From: Nemertoderma westbladi
Lineage: Eukaryota > Animalia > Xenacoelomorpha
Direction of reading: 5' to 3'
DNA length: 64,000 nucleotides
NCBI GenBank assembly: GCA_032718475.1
Contig: JAUCBJ010004458.1
Span: forward strand, 13,413 to 77,412
The position numbers and the translations under genes are program-made. The number at the start of each line of letters is the position of its first letter. Within the stretch, counting starts at the first letter, position 1. Shown here piece by piece: positions 10,585 through 23,486 of this stretch. The notes under the pieces are model-generated. The model made no database searches, was not told the origin of the DNA, and saw nothing but the letters and a program-made list of their open reading frames with translations.

Positions 10585-13500
10585 GTTGGGTAGTTCTGTT
10601 GGATACAGAGACTACAGTAGGTGAGGTGCTGTGAACATAGACTATAGTAGGTGAGGTGTTGTGAACATAGACTATAGTAGGTGAGGTGTTGTGAACATAG
10701 ACTACAGTAGGTGAGGTGCTGTGAACATAGACTATAGTAGGTGAGGTGCTGTGAACATAGACTACAGTAGGTGAAGTGCTGTGAACATAGGCTACTGCAG
10801 GTAAGGTGCTGTGAGCATTGACTACAGTAGGTAAGGTGCTGTGAACATAGACGACAGTATGTGAGGTGCTGTGAACATAGACTACAGTAGGTATGATGCT
10901 GTGAATATGGACTATATTAGGTGAGGTGCTGTGAACATAGACTACAGTGGGTGAGGTGCTGTGAACATAGACTACAGTAGGTGAAGTGCTGTGAACAAGG
11001 ACTGCTGTAGGTAAGGTGCTGTGAGCATTGACTACAGTAGGTAAGGTGCTGTGAACATAGACGACAGTATGTGAGGTGCTGTGAACATAGACTACAGTAG
11101 GTGTGGTGCTGTGAAAATGGACTATAGTAGGTGAGGTGCTGTGAACCTGAACATAGACTACAGTATGTGAGGTGCTGTGAACATAAACTACATTATGTGA
11201 GGTGCTGTGAACATAGACTACAGTAGGTGTGGTGCTGTGAACATAGACTATAGTAGGTGAGGTGCTGTGAACATAGACTACAGTATGTGCGGTGCTGTGA
11301 GCATTGACTACAGTAGGTGTGGTGCTGTGAACATAAACTACATTATGTGAGGTGCTGTGAACATAAACTACATTATGTGAGGTGCTGTAAACATAGACTA
11401 CAGTAGGTGTGGTGCTGTGAACATAGACTATAGTAGGTGAGGTGCTGTGAACATAGACTACAGTATGTGCGGTGCTGTGAGCATTGACTGCAGTAGGTAA
11501 GGTGCTGTGAACATAGACGACAGTAGGTGAGGTGCTGTGAACATAGACTACAGTATGTGAGGTGCTGTGAACATAGACTACAGTATGTGCGGTGCTGTGA
11601 GCATTGACTGCAGTAGGTAAGGTGCTGTGAACATAGACTATAGTAGGTGAGGTGTTGTGAACATAGACTACATTATGTGAGGTGCTGTGAACATAGACTA
11701 TAGTAGGTGAGGTGCTGTGAACATAGACTACAGTATGTGCGGTGCTGTGAGCATTGACTGTAGTAGGTAAGGTGCTGTGAACATAGACGACAGTAGGTGA
11801 GGTGCTGTGAACATAGACTACAGTATGTGCGGTGCTGTGAGCATTGACTGCAGTAGGTAAGGTGCTGTGAACATAGACTATAGTAGGTGAGGTGTTGTGA
11901 ACATAGACTACATTATGTGAGGTGCTGTGAACATAGACTATAGTAGGCGAGGTGCTGTGAACATAGACTACAGTATGTGCGGTGCTGTGAGCATAGACTA
12001 CAGTATGTGCGGTGCTGTGAGCATTGACTGCAGTAGGTAAGGTGCTGTGAACATAGACTATAGTAGGTGAGGTGTTGTGAACATAGACTACATTATGTGA
12101 GGTGCTGTGAACATAGACTATAGTAGGTGAGGTGCTGTGAACATAGACTACAGTATGTGCGGTGCTGTGAGCATTGACTGTAGTAGGTAAGGTGCTGTGA
12201 ACATAGACGACAGTAGGTGAGGTGCTGTGAACATAGACTACAGTATGTGCGGTGCTGTGAGCATTGACTGCAGTAGGTAAGGTGCTGTGAACATAGACTA
12301 TAGTAGGTGAGGTGTTGTGAACATAGACTACAGTATGTGCGGTGCTGTGAGCATTGACTACAGTAGGTGTGGTGCTGTGAACATAAACTACATTATGTGA
12401 GGTGCTGTGAACATAAACTACATTATGTGAGGTGCTGTAAACATAGACTACAGTAGGTGTGGTGCTGTGAACATAGACTATAGTAGGTGAGGTGCTGTGA
12501 ACATAGACTACAGTATGTGCGGTGCTGTGAGCATTGACTGCAGTAGGTAAGGTGCTGTGAACATAGACGACAGTAGGTGAGGTGCTGTGAACATAGACTA
12601 CAGTATGTGAGGTGCTGTGAACATAGACTACAGTATGTGCGGTGCTGTGAGCATTGACTGCAGTAGGTAAGGTGCTGTGAACATAGACTATAGTAGGTGA
12701 GGTGTTGTGAACATAGACTACATTATGTGAGGTGCTGTGAACATAGACTATAGTAGGTGAGGTGCTGTGAACATAGACTACAGTATGTGCGGTGCTGTGA
12801 GCATTGACTGTAGTAGGTAAGGTGCTGTGAACATAGACGACAGTAGGTGAGGTGCTGTGAACATAGACTACAGTATGTGCGGTGCTGTGAGCATTGACTG
12901 CAGTAGGTAAGGTGCTGTGAACATAGACTATAGTAGGTGAGGTGTTGTGAACATAGACTACATTATGTGAGGTGCTGTGAACATAGACTATAGTAGGCGA
13001 GGTGCTGTGAACATAGACTACAGTATGTGCGGTGCTGTGAGCATTGACTGCAGTAGGTAAGGTGCTGTGAACATAGACGACAGTAGGTGAGGTGCTGTGA
13101 ACATAGACTACAGTATGTGAGGTGCTGTGAACATGAACTACATTATGTGAGGTGCTGTGAACATAGACTACAGTAGGTGAGGTGCTGTAAACATAGATTA
13201 AATTAGGTGAGGTACTGTGAACATAGACTATAGTAGGTGAGGTGCTGTGAACATAGACTACAGTATGTGCGGTGCTGTGAGCATTGACTGCAGTAGGTAA
13301 GGTGCTGTGAACATAGACGACAGTAGGTGAGGTGCTGTGAACATAGACTACAGTATGTGAGGTGCTGTGAACATAAACTACATTATGTGAGGTGCTGTGA
13401 ACATAGACTACAGTAGGTGTGGTGCTGTGAACATAGACTATAGTAGGTGAGGTGCTGTGAACATAGACTACAGTATGTGAGGTGCTGTGAACATAGACTA

Positions 13501-14012
13501 CAGTGGGTGAGGTGCTGTGAACATAGACTACAGTATGTGAGGTGCTGTGAACATAAACTACATTATGTGTGGTGCTGTGAACACAGACTACAGTAGGTGT
13601 GGTGTTGTGAACATAGACTATAGTAGGTGAGGTGCTGTGAACATAGACTACAGTATGTGCGGTGCTGTGAGCATTGACTGCAGTAGGTAAGGTGCTGTGA
13701 ACATAGACGACAGTAGGTGAGGTGCTGTGAACATAGACTACAGTATGTGAGGTGCTGTGAACATGAACTACATTATGTGAGGTGCTGTGAACATAGACTA
13801 CAGTAGGTGAGGTACTGTGAACATATACTACAGTGGGTGAGGTGCTGTGAACATAGACGACAGTATGTGAGGTGCTGTGAACATAGATTAAATTAGGTGA
13901 GGTACTGTGAACATAGACTACAGTAGGTAAGGTGCTGTGAACATAGACTACATTAGGTGAGGTGTTGTGAACAAAGACGACAGTAGGTGAGGTGCTGTGA
14001 ACATATACTACA

Positions 14013-15603
14013 CGGTCGTGGGGCCTTCGCGCAGCACGAGGCCCAGTTATGAGATACAAATTAAAATTGTGCGACTGTATCACAAAATCAGGTTATGAGA
14101 GATTAACCCACACCACCAATTAATCAAAGAAAGGGGGACAGTACGTGTTCACCCCTTTTAATCTGCACCCCCCCCCCCCCCCCCCCTCCCACCAATACAT
14201 AACCGCGACATCTACCACCACGGAAGGGTAGCACGAACTTATTTCCAAACGCACGTTCAATATGCAAAGCCAGGTGGTTTACAGGAATATAATCAATGCA
14301 GTACTCGTCTTCATTATAAGCCTCTTTGCGTTCGACCTGTTTTGTATTAAAATATATTTATTAAACGCAGGCTGACGCTCTTTATAATAATAATACCTAG
14401 GGATGCCAGCTTCCAGACTTTCAATCTTTACTGCCGCGCAAACCCCGCAGAGGAAGTTTTGGTTTGAGAGATCAAGCCCATCGGCAATTGGTGTTTCAAT
14501 TTCGGTCCAGGAACTCTGACAATGGGAGCATTCAATCTTAGCTGTGGTCCATTCCCGTGGTTTCGGCTTCCTTTTCTTCGTCCCAATGACAGATTCTTCT
14601 GAAGACGTTCGATTCGCTTTCAGTTTATTGTTGGCGTTTGTGTTTTGAAGTTGTATTCGAGTGGACAGTCGCGCCGGTTTCGAGGTAACCATACCGACCT
14701 GTGATAAGCGTTGGTTTTGTTGAGTGCCGGTATTCATCTTCTCTCACCTCTTCAATGTCAGATGTTGCAAATACTGATAACACGAATAACGGTATATATT
14801 TCAATACTTGTCAATAGTAATATATATAATTTAGATAACTATTTTATATCTGTACTGTTGAGCAAACTCTACATAAATTCCAACCTGTGTATCGCCGGTA
14901 GTGCTGTTGCTGTGAAAGTGTTGACGTGCTAGTTGCCACCGGTCACGCGGTCAGCCGGTACCGGTAGTAGGGTGGTACCTACGGTGCGCACTACAACGGC
15001 AGTACAGCAATACGGTGTACCGTGCCAATGACTGAATGATTAGCGGTAACTATCTAAACTATTACTGTATTATATTATTATTACCGGTACCGGTACTGGG
15101 CTAATTAGGCCTAAACTATAATCACCGCAAGGGTTGGCGGGGTCATGTTTAATTAGATTACATGATATGGCATGTCTGCAGTGTATGGTACCGGCTGACC
15201 AGTATTGCAGTATTGACTGATTGAGGGATTCTCGATTCAGGGAATGAGTACAGCCTGACAGTACCGGTACACATGGTACATGCAGAATTGCAAAATTTGT
15301 AAGAAAACCAGCTGATATATCCTACAGTAATAATAATTTAACGCATTTTAAATTTGGATAAATAAATTTATTATAACTGCAATAACAGTTACACTGATGC
15401 TGCACGAAGGCCCCACGCAAATTCTACTTGGAAAATTTTCAAACTTTCGCCAAACAACATGTGTACCAAGTTTGGATAGATTTCATCAAGGATTGGCCGA
15501 GTTATTAACGTTTAAAATAAAATACTGAAAAAAAACGCGACAGAACGACAGGTTGATTAATGGTACCACTACGCTAAGGCTCACTCACTTCGTGGCTCGC
15601 CCC
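14013..15603 (+). mobile_element. Non-autonomous Helentron/DINE-like insertion in the satellite
   Basis: Splits the monomer ACATATACTACA|GTGGG. Asymmetric inverted repeat 14017-14036 vs 15398-15417 (19/20 match). Its 3' end GCTAAGGCTC...TTCGTGGCTCGCCCCA recurs at ~5071-5105 (-), ~29775-29810 (+) and ~37970-38000 (-). Confidence 0.55.
14395..14737 (-). pseudogene. Truncated zinc-finger ORF fragment resembling a LINE ORF1 N-terminus
   Basis: ATG, basic KKRKPK, CSHC...W...FLCGVC, then a leucine-rich start (VKIESLE) that breaks off into AT-rich sequence. Confidence 0.4.
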
Positions 15604-15674
15604 ACAGTGGGTGAGGTGCTGTGAACATAGACGACAGTATGTGAGGTGCTGTGAACATAGACTACATTAGGTGA

Positions 15675-16000
15675 ACAATGGCAATGAGGTGTTATATAAA
15701 TATGGTAACATCTCATTGCCAAGACCTAGCATCACCCTGCAGAAACGCCGTCTAATGCTTGCTGGGCACTGTTTCCGCCGGCAGGATCAACCTGTACACA
15801 ACCTTGTGCTGTGGCAGCCTGCTGGCGAGAATAGACGTGATGGGCAGCCAATGACTTTCCTCAAACGCCTGCTCAAGGACACAGGACTTGAGAACAGGAA
15901 TGAATTAGGAAATTGTATGGCTGACCGCAAGATCTGGGGGCGCTATGTTTCTGGGGCCGCCGGCACTGCACCCTAGTGCAAGCCGATCATCATCATCATC
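15675..16000 (+). mobile_element. 5'-truncated RTE-clade LINE
   Basis: KRRLMLAGHCFRRQDQPVHNLVLWQP...LLKDTGL...MADRKIW (RTE C-terminus), (CAT)n tail, 11-bp TSD ACATTAGGTGA at 15664-15674 and 16001-16011. Confidence 0.85.
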
Positions 16001-19000
16001 ACATTAGGTGAGGTGCTGTGAACATAGACTACTGTAGGTAAAGTGCTTTGAGCATTGACTACAGTAGGTGAGGTGCTGTGAACATAGACGACAGTATGTG
16101 AGGTGCTGTGAACATAGACTACAGTAGGTGTAGTGCTGTGAACATAGACTATAGTAGGTGAGGTGCTGTGAACATAGACTACAGTATGTGAGGTACTGTG
16201 AACATAGACTACTGTAGGTAAGTTGCTGTGAGCATTGACTACAGTAGGTAAGGTGCTGTGAACATAGACGACAGTAGGTGAGGTGCTGTGAATATAGACT
16301 ACAGTGGGTGAGGTGCTGTGAACATAGACGACAGTATGTGAGGTGCTGTGAACATAGACTACACTAGGTGAGGTGCTGTGAACATAGACTACTGTAGGTA
16401 AAGTGCTGTGAGCATTGACTACAGTAGGTGAGGAGCTGTGAACATAGACGACAGTATGTGAGGTGCTGTGAACATAGACTACAGTAGGTGTAGTGCTGTG
16501 AACATAGACTATAGTAGGTGAGGTGCTGTGAACATAGATTACAGTATGTGTGGTGCTGTAAACATAGACTACTGGTAGATACGTGAGGTGCTGTGAACAT
16601 AGACTACAGTAGGTGAGGTGCTGTGAATATAGACTACAGTAGGTGAGGTGCTGTGAACATAGACTACAGTAGGTGAGGTGCTGTGAACATAGACGACAGT
16701 ATGTGAGGTGCTGTGAACATAGACTACATTAGGTGAGGTGCTGTGAACATAGACTAATGTAGGTAAAGTGCTGTGAGCATTGACTACAGTAGGTGAGGTG
16801 CTGTGTACATAGACGACAGTATGTGAGGTGCTGTGAACATAGACTACAGTAGGTGTAGTGCTGTGAACATAGACTATAGTAGGTGAGGTGCTGTGAACAT
16901 AGACTACAGTAGGTGAGGTGCTGTGAACATAGACTCACAGTATGTGAGGTGCTGTGAACATAGACTACAGCATGTGAGGTGCTGTGAACATAGACTATTA
17001 GGTGAGGTGCTTTGAGCATAGACTACAGGTGTGGTGCTGTGAGCATAGACTATTAGGTGAGGTGCTGTGAGTATAGACTACTGTAGATACGTGAGGTGAT
17101 GTGAACATAGACTACGGTAGGTGAGGTGCTGTGAACATAGACTACAGGTGTGGTGCTGTGAGCATAGACTATTAGGTGAGGTGCTGTGAGTATAGACTAC
17201 AGTAGGTGTAGTGCTGTGAACATAGACTATAGTAGGTGAGGTGCTGTGAACATAGACTACAGTAGGTGAGGTGCTGTGAACATAGACTCACAGTATGTGA
17301 GGTGCTGTGAACATAGACTACAGCATGTGAGGTGCTGTGAACATAGACTATTAGGTGGGGTGCTTTGAGCATAGACTACAGGTGTGGTGCTGTGAGCATA
17401 GACTATTAGGTGAGGTGCTGTGAGTATAGACTACTGTAGATACGTGAGGTGATGTGAACATAGACTACGGTAGGTGAGGTGCTGTGAACATAGACTACAG
17501 GTGTGGTGCTGTGAGCATAGACTATTAGGTGAGGTACTGTGAGTATAGACTACGGTAGGTGAGGTGCTGTGAACATAGACTACAGTACGTGAGGTGCTGT
17601 GAATATACACTATTAGGTAAGGTGCTGTGAGCATAGACTACGGTAGGTGGGGTGCTGTCAACATATACTACAGTGGGTGAGGTTCTGTGAGCATAGACTA
17701 CAGTAGGTGAGGTGCTGTAAACATAGACTAATGTAGGTAAAGTGCTGTGAGCATTGACTACAGTAGGTGAGGTGCTGTGAACATAGACGACAGTATGTGA
17801 GGTGCTGTGAACATAGACTACAGTAGGTGTAGTGCTGTGAACATAGACTATAGTAGGTGAGGTGCTGTGAACATAGACTACAGTAGGTGAGGTGCTGTGA
17901 ACATAGACTCACAGATGTGAGGTGATGTGAACATAGACTACAGTAGGTGAGGTGCTGTGAACATAGACTACAGGTGTGGTGCTGTGAGCATAGACTATTA
18001 GATGAGGTGCTGTGAGTATAGACTACGGTAGGTGAGGTGCTGTGAACATAGACTACAGGTGTGGTGCTGTGAGCATAGACTATTAGGTGAGGTGCTGTGA
18101 GTATAGACTACTGTAGATACGTGAGGTGATGTGAACATAGACTACGGTAGGTGAGGTGCTGTGAACATAGACTACAGGTGTGGTGCTGTGAGCATAGACT
18201 ATTAGGTGAGGTGCTGTGAGTATAGACTACGGTAGGTGAGGTGCTGTGAACATAGACTACAGTACGTGAGATGCTGTGAATATACACTATTAGGTAAGGT
18301 GCTGTGAGCATAGACTACGGTAGGTGGGGTGCTGTCAACATATACTACAGTGGATGAGGTGCTGTGAACATAGACTACAGTACGTGTGGTGCTGTGAACA
18401 TAGACTACAGTAGGTGAGGTGTTGTGAACAAAGACTACAGTAGGTGAGGTGCTGTAAGCATAGACTACAGTATGTGAGGTGCTGTGAACATAGACTACAG
18501 TATGTGTGGTGCTGTGAACATAGACTACATTAGGTGAGGTGTTGTGAACAAAGACTACAGTAGGTGAGGTGCTGTAAGCATAGACTACAGTATGTGAGGT
18601 GCTGTGAACATAGACTACAGTATGTGTGGTGCTGTGAACATAGACTACATTAGGTGAGGTGCTGTGAACATAGACTACTGTAGGTAAAGTGATGTGAGCA
18701 TTGACTACAGTAGCAGTAGGTGAGGTGCTGTTAGCATAGACTACAGCAGGTGAGGTTCTGTGAGCATAGACTACAGTGGGTGAGATTCTGTGAACATAGA
18801 CTACAGTAGGTGATGTGCTGTAAACATAGACTACAGTATGTGAGGTGCTGTGAACATAGACTACAGTACGTGTGGTGCTGTGAACATAGACTACAGTAGG
18901 TGAGGTGTTGTGAACAAAGACTACAGTAGGTGAGGTGCTGTAAGCATAGACTACAGTATGTGAGGTGCTGTGAACATAGACTACAGTATGTGTGGTGCTG

Positions 19001-21514
19001 TGAACATAGACTACATTAGGTGAGGTGCTGTGAACATAGACTACTGTAGGTAAAGTGATGTGAGCATTGACTACAGTAGGTGAGGTGCTGTGAACATAGA
19101 CTACAGTAGGTGATGTGTTGTGAACATTGACTACAGTAGGTGAGATTCTGTGAACATAGACTACAGTAGGTGAGGTGCTGTAAACATAGACTACACAGTA
19201 TGTGAGGTGCTGTGAACATAGACTACAGTAGGTGAGGTGCTGTGAACATAGACTACAGTAGGTGTGGTGCTGTCAACATAGACTACAGTATGTGTGGTGC
19301 TGTGAACATAGACTACAGTAGGTGTAGTGCTGTGAACATAGACTACAGTATGTGTGGTGCTGTAAACATAGACTACTGTAGATACGTGAGGTGATGTGAA
19401 CATAGACTACAGTAGGTGAGGTGCTGTGAACATAGACTACAGTATATGTGGTGCTGTAAACATAGACTACAGTATGTGTGGTGCTGTAAACATAGACTAC
19501 TCTAGATACGTGAGGTGATGTGAACATAGACTACAGTAGGTGAGGTGCTGTGAACATAGACTACAGTAGGTGTGGTGCTGTGAACATAGACTACTGTAGA
19601 TACGTGAGGTGATGTGAACATAGACTACAGTGGGTGAGGTGCTGTGAACATAGACTACAGTATGTGTGGTGCTGTAAACATAGACTACTGTAGATACGTG
19701 AGGTGATGTGAACATAGACTACAGTAGGTGTGGTGCTGTGAACATAGACTACAGTATGTGTGGTGCTGTAAACATAGACTACTGTAGATACGTGAGGTGA
19801 TGTGAACATAGACTACAGTAGGTGAGGTGATGTGAACATAGATTACAGTAGGTGTGGTGCTGTGAACATAGACTATAGTAGGCGTGATGCTGTAAACATA
19901 GACTACTGTAGATACGTGAGGTGATGTGAACATAGACTACAGTAGGTGAGGTCCTGTGAACATAGACTACAGTAGGTGTGGTGCTGTGAACATAGACTAC
20001 TGTAGATACGTGAGGTGATGTGAACATAGACTACAGTAGGTGTGGTGCTGTGAACATAGACTACAGTATGTGTGGTGCTGTAAACATAGACTACTGTAGA
20101 TACGTGAGGTGATGTGAACATAGACTACAGTAGGTGAGGTGCTGTGAACATAGACTACAGTAGGTGTGGTGCTGTGAACATAGACTATAGTAGGTGTGGT
20201 GCTGTAAACATAGACTACTGTAGATACGTGAGGTGATGTGAACATAGACTACAGTAGGTGAGGTGCTGTGAACATAGACTACAGTAGGTGTGGTGCTGTG
20301 AACATAGACTACTGTAGATACGTGAGGTGATGTGAACATAGACTACAGTAGGTGAGGTGCTGTGAACATAGACTACAGTAGGCGAGGTGCTGTAAACATA
20401 GACTACGGTATGTGAGGTGCTGTGAACATAGACTACAGTATGTGTGGTGCTGTAAACATAGACTACTGTAGGTGTGATGCTGTGAACATAGACTACAGTA
20501 TGTGTGGTGCTGTAAACATAAGACTACTGTAGATACGTGAGGTGCTGTGAACATAGACTACAGTAGGTGTGGTGCTGTGAACATAGACTACTGTAGATAC
20601 GTGAGGTGATGTGAACATAGACTACAGTATTGTTGTGCTGTAAACATAGACTACTGTAGGTAGATACGTGAGGTGATGTGAACATAGACTACAGTATGTG
20701 TGGTGCTGTAAACATAGACTACTGTAGATACGTGAGGTGCTGTGAACATAGACTACAGTATGTGTGGTGCTGTAAACATAGACTACTGTAGATACGTGAG
20801 GTGCTGTGAACATAGACTACAGTATGTGTGGTGCTGTAAACATAGACTACAGTATGTGTGGTGCTGTGAACATAGACTACTGTAGATACGTGAGGTGATG
20901 TGAACATAGACTACAGTCGGTGAGGTGCTGTGAACATAGACGGCAGTCGGTGAGGTGTTGTGAACATAGACTACAGTAGGTGTGGTGCTGTGATCATAGA
21001 CAACAGCAAAGTGATGTCTACACAGACTTCGTAAAGTCTTGTAAACATACTGTAATCTACTGTAAAGCAAAGTGATGTCTACATAGTCTACAGAAAAGTG
21101 ATGTCTACCATCTACAGTACATAGACTTCATAAAGTCTTGCAAACATGGTCTACAGCAAAGTGATGTCAACATACTGTAGAATACAATAAATTGATGTCT
21201 ACATAGATTACATAAAGCAAAGTTATTATATCTAAGCCTACAGGACTACATAAAGCCATTACTGTAGGTACATAGACTAGCAAAGTGTTGTGTACAAAGA
21301 CCACATCAAGATCAAAGTGCTGTCTACTTAGACTACAGCAAAGTGCTTTTTACATAAAACTACAGTAAAATGCTGTCTACATAAACAGCAAAGTGATGTC
21401 TACATATAGAGTCTTGAGTCTTCAGCACTCGTCCACGCGTCCCGTAAATTATTTATGTAAATAATAAAATCGTCATAGTAAAGTTATTGTATTCCGAAAA
21501 CGTTTTTGTTTCAG

Positions 21515-21847
21515 ATGGTTTTGCAGCAGTTGTACGATGTTATCGGTACTAGAATCCCTCCCTCTTCCCAACTCGAAACATTCACGCTATCATGTGTCCG
21601 GTTGGCATGGCAACTCTGTATCAACAGCCCGCCATTGACTCTCGAGTACCGGTCAAACGACTTCGACCACGCTATCCACCAAATAGCCGCCCCGACATCC
21701 CAGGGAGAGTCAACTGATTCTTCTTCGCCGCTTCCGGTTGCTAAGGCAACAAACATTCAGTACCGTTGGCCAGGACTTATTATAAAAAACAGTGGGGAGT
21801 GTTTAGTGAGGGCACAAGTATCTCAGGCCTTACCGTTTTCCAATTAA
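21515..21847 (+). CDS. SPATA18: Mieap/SPATA18-like gene, terminal exon (MIEAP C-terminal domain)
   Basis: Acceptor TTTTTGTTTCAG, phase 0; CVRLAWQLCINSPPLTLEY...FDHAIH...YRWPGL...CLVRAQV matches the MIEAP motifs CVRLAW.M....PP, FD...H and YLWP.L.....KG.V. Confidence 0.8.
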   Translation: MVLQQLYDVIGTRIPPSSQLETFTLSCVRLAWQLCINSPPLTLEYRSNDFDHAIHQIAAPTSQGESTDSSSPLPVAKATNIQYRWPGLIIKNSGECLVRAQVSQALPFSN

Positions 21848-22499
21848 TATTGTCAGTGTAGAGTGATTTGTTGAAGTAATTAGCTGTGCATCAGTATTAC
21901 AAGATTGGGAAACGTAAAGTTAAAGTGTTGGGCGCGCAGACTGAAAGTCAAATGGGGTGCTTTACAACTGAAAGGGGTTTTTTTACAAATTAATTTCCGG
22001 TTAATTTCTATTTTTTTTATTTTGTAATCCGTTTTTAATTCAGTTGATGAAGTATAGTACAGTAGTAGTGGTAAAATAATTTATTATAATAAATGCCCCT
22101 ATTAGGGGCCAACAGTTAGGGTTTATTTTGCCTTGCAATACAATATTTTTAGCAACAAGATCAGAATCATTTATCAGAGTTTATTATAAATAATAAATTT
22201 GATCGGTTTATTCTCAGAAGAAACTTTCACTACTGCCTTGTTCTTAGATAAATATCTCAGATCGTTCTTTAATAATCTCCAGTACCAATATCACTCAAAC
22301 AGGATGCGCAACATATGAGAACCATTTATGTCAACTATCAACTCGAAAGGATAATAAACAAAAAAATATCCCCTGAGATATGGGATATTTCCCTACACAG
22401 CAGTTGACTGGAGAACTTCTCATCAAGCACTCACAGAGACTCAGCCAAAGGTTCTGTAAACATCTGCCAATTAAAAATCCAAGCCTCGAAAAAATCCAA

Positions 22500-22588
22500 G
22501 GCGCCTTAAGCGTTTAGTGGCTAAATCTGTTGTCTTGAATACACATCCATCTGGAGGACGTCGTGGGTTCGATCCCTGTATGAGGGCT
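22500..22588 (+). mobile_element. tRNA-derived SINE head
   Basis: A-box-like TAGTGGCTAA and B-box GGGTTCGATCCC; no complete cloverleaf. Confidence 0.5.
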
Positions 22589-23198
22589 CTAGGGTAGGAT
22601 TCGTTTTGGCGCGAACGCTTAGGAAGGGGGGGGGGGGGGGGGGGGGGATAACCACCCTGGTGTATTTTTTAAAATTTGTTTATATCTCCAGATATGGTTT
22701 GAAAAATGCATAGAAAACGATAGACCATCGAAAAGAGAATGAGCTTAAAGTAAATACAAAAATGTGATTTTTTTGGCGCCCCCTAGCGAGTGGTGAGATT
22801 AAAAAAAAATTTAATTTTAATTTAATTTTCGATACCACACAAAAAGAGACCCGTTTCCTCCAAAGTCAATAGTTACCGTTGTATTTTTGCTCGTACTTAG
22901 GTGTTGATTGAGCCGATTTTCTACCGGAGGGTTCAATTTTGATTGCGTCAGATACCGCTAACCCCTATAAATCTATCTTTTTGGAAGAAAATCCCTGTCA
23001 AAAGGCAACAATTTATTGAAATGAAGCATATGCAGTAATTACAAACAAGCAGACACGAGACAGCGCGCAAATTCATTACGTTGTAAGTAAATGTTTATGT
23101 GAGTTGGACTTCAGAAAAAATATAAGTTTATAGAATTATTATCAATATAATAACGATTACGGTAATAATACTAACTAAGTATAACTAGGGGTATAAAC

Positions 23199-23486
23199 GG
23201 TTCAAGGATGAAGGTCCGAATAGCTATAGATTATGGGAACAAACGAGAATCCATAGCACAGGTTACAGACCAAGCGGCGCACCTAATGGCCACTTTCGGT
23301 CCACCCGTCCCATTCGGTCCACCCGTCCCATTCGCCCCCCCCCCCGTCCCATTCCGTCCCCCCTTCCGATTCGGACATTCCGTACCATTCGGACATTCGT
23401 CCCATTCGGACCTTCGTCCCATTCGGACCTTCGTCCCATTCGGACATTCGGACCTTTGTCCCATTCGGACCTTCGTCCCTCGGGCC
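23199..23486. mobile_element. MITE-like element with internal CCATTCGGAC tandem repeats
   Basis: The left end GGTTCAAGGATGAAGGTCCGAAT is the inverse of the right-end units ATTCGGACCTTCGTCCCT..CC; no clear TSD. Confidence 0.45.

Larger units (their letters stand above)
10609..21005. repeat. 30-bp tandem satellite (CAGTAGGTGAGGTGCTGTGAACATAGACTA) filling the last Mieap intron; degenerate tail to ~21410
   Basis: Hundreds of visible units, interrupted at 14013-15603 and 15675-16000. Confidence 0.97.

Noticed and set aside
10439-14083. 1214-aa mucin- or adhesin-like gene
   Set aside because: Starts at a GTG inside an inserted element, has no ATG, is antisense to a spliced gene, and is explained by a 30-bp unit lacking stops in one frame.
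10609-21005. CRISPR array
   Set aside because: Head-to-tail monomers with no unique spacers, no cas genes, eukaryotic intron context.
16364-21070. Many short Cys/His-rich ORFs (CSLCSQH) suggesting zinc fingers
   Set aside because: Alternative-frame translations of the satellite.
22500-22588. Functional tRNA genes (also 40920, 42861, 59085, 61700)
   Set aside because: A/B boxes are present but no full cloverleaf could be folded; better explained as SINE heads.
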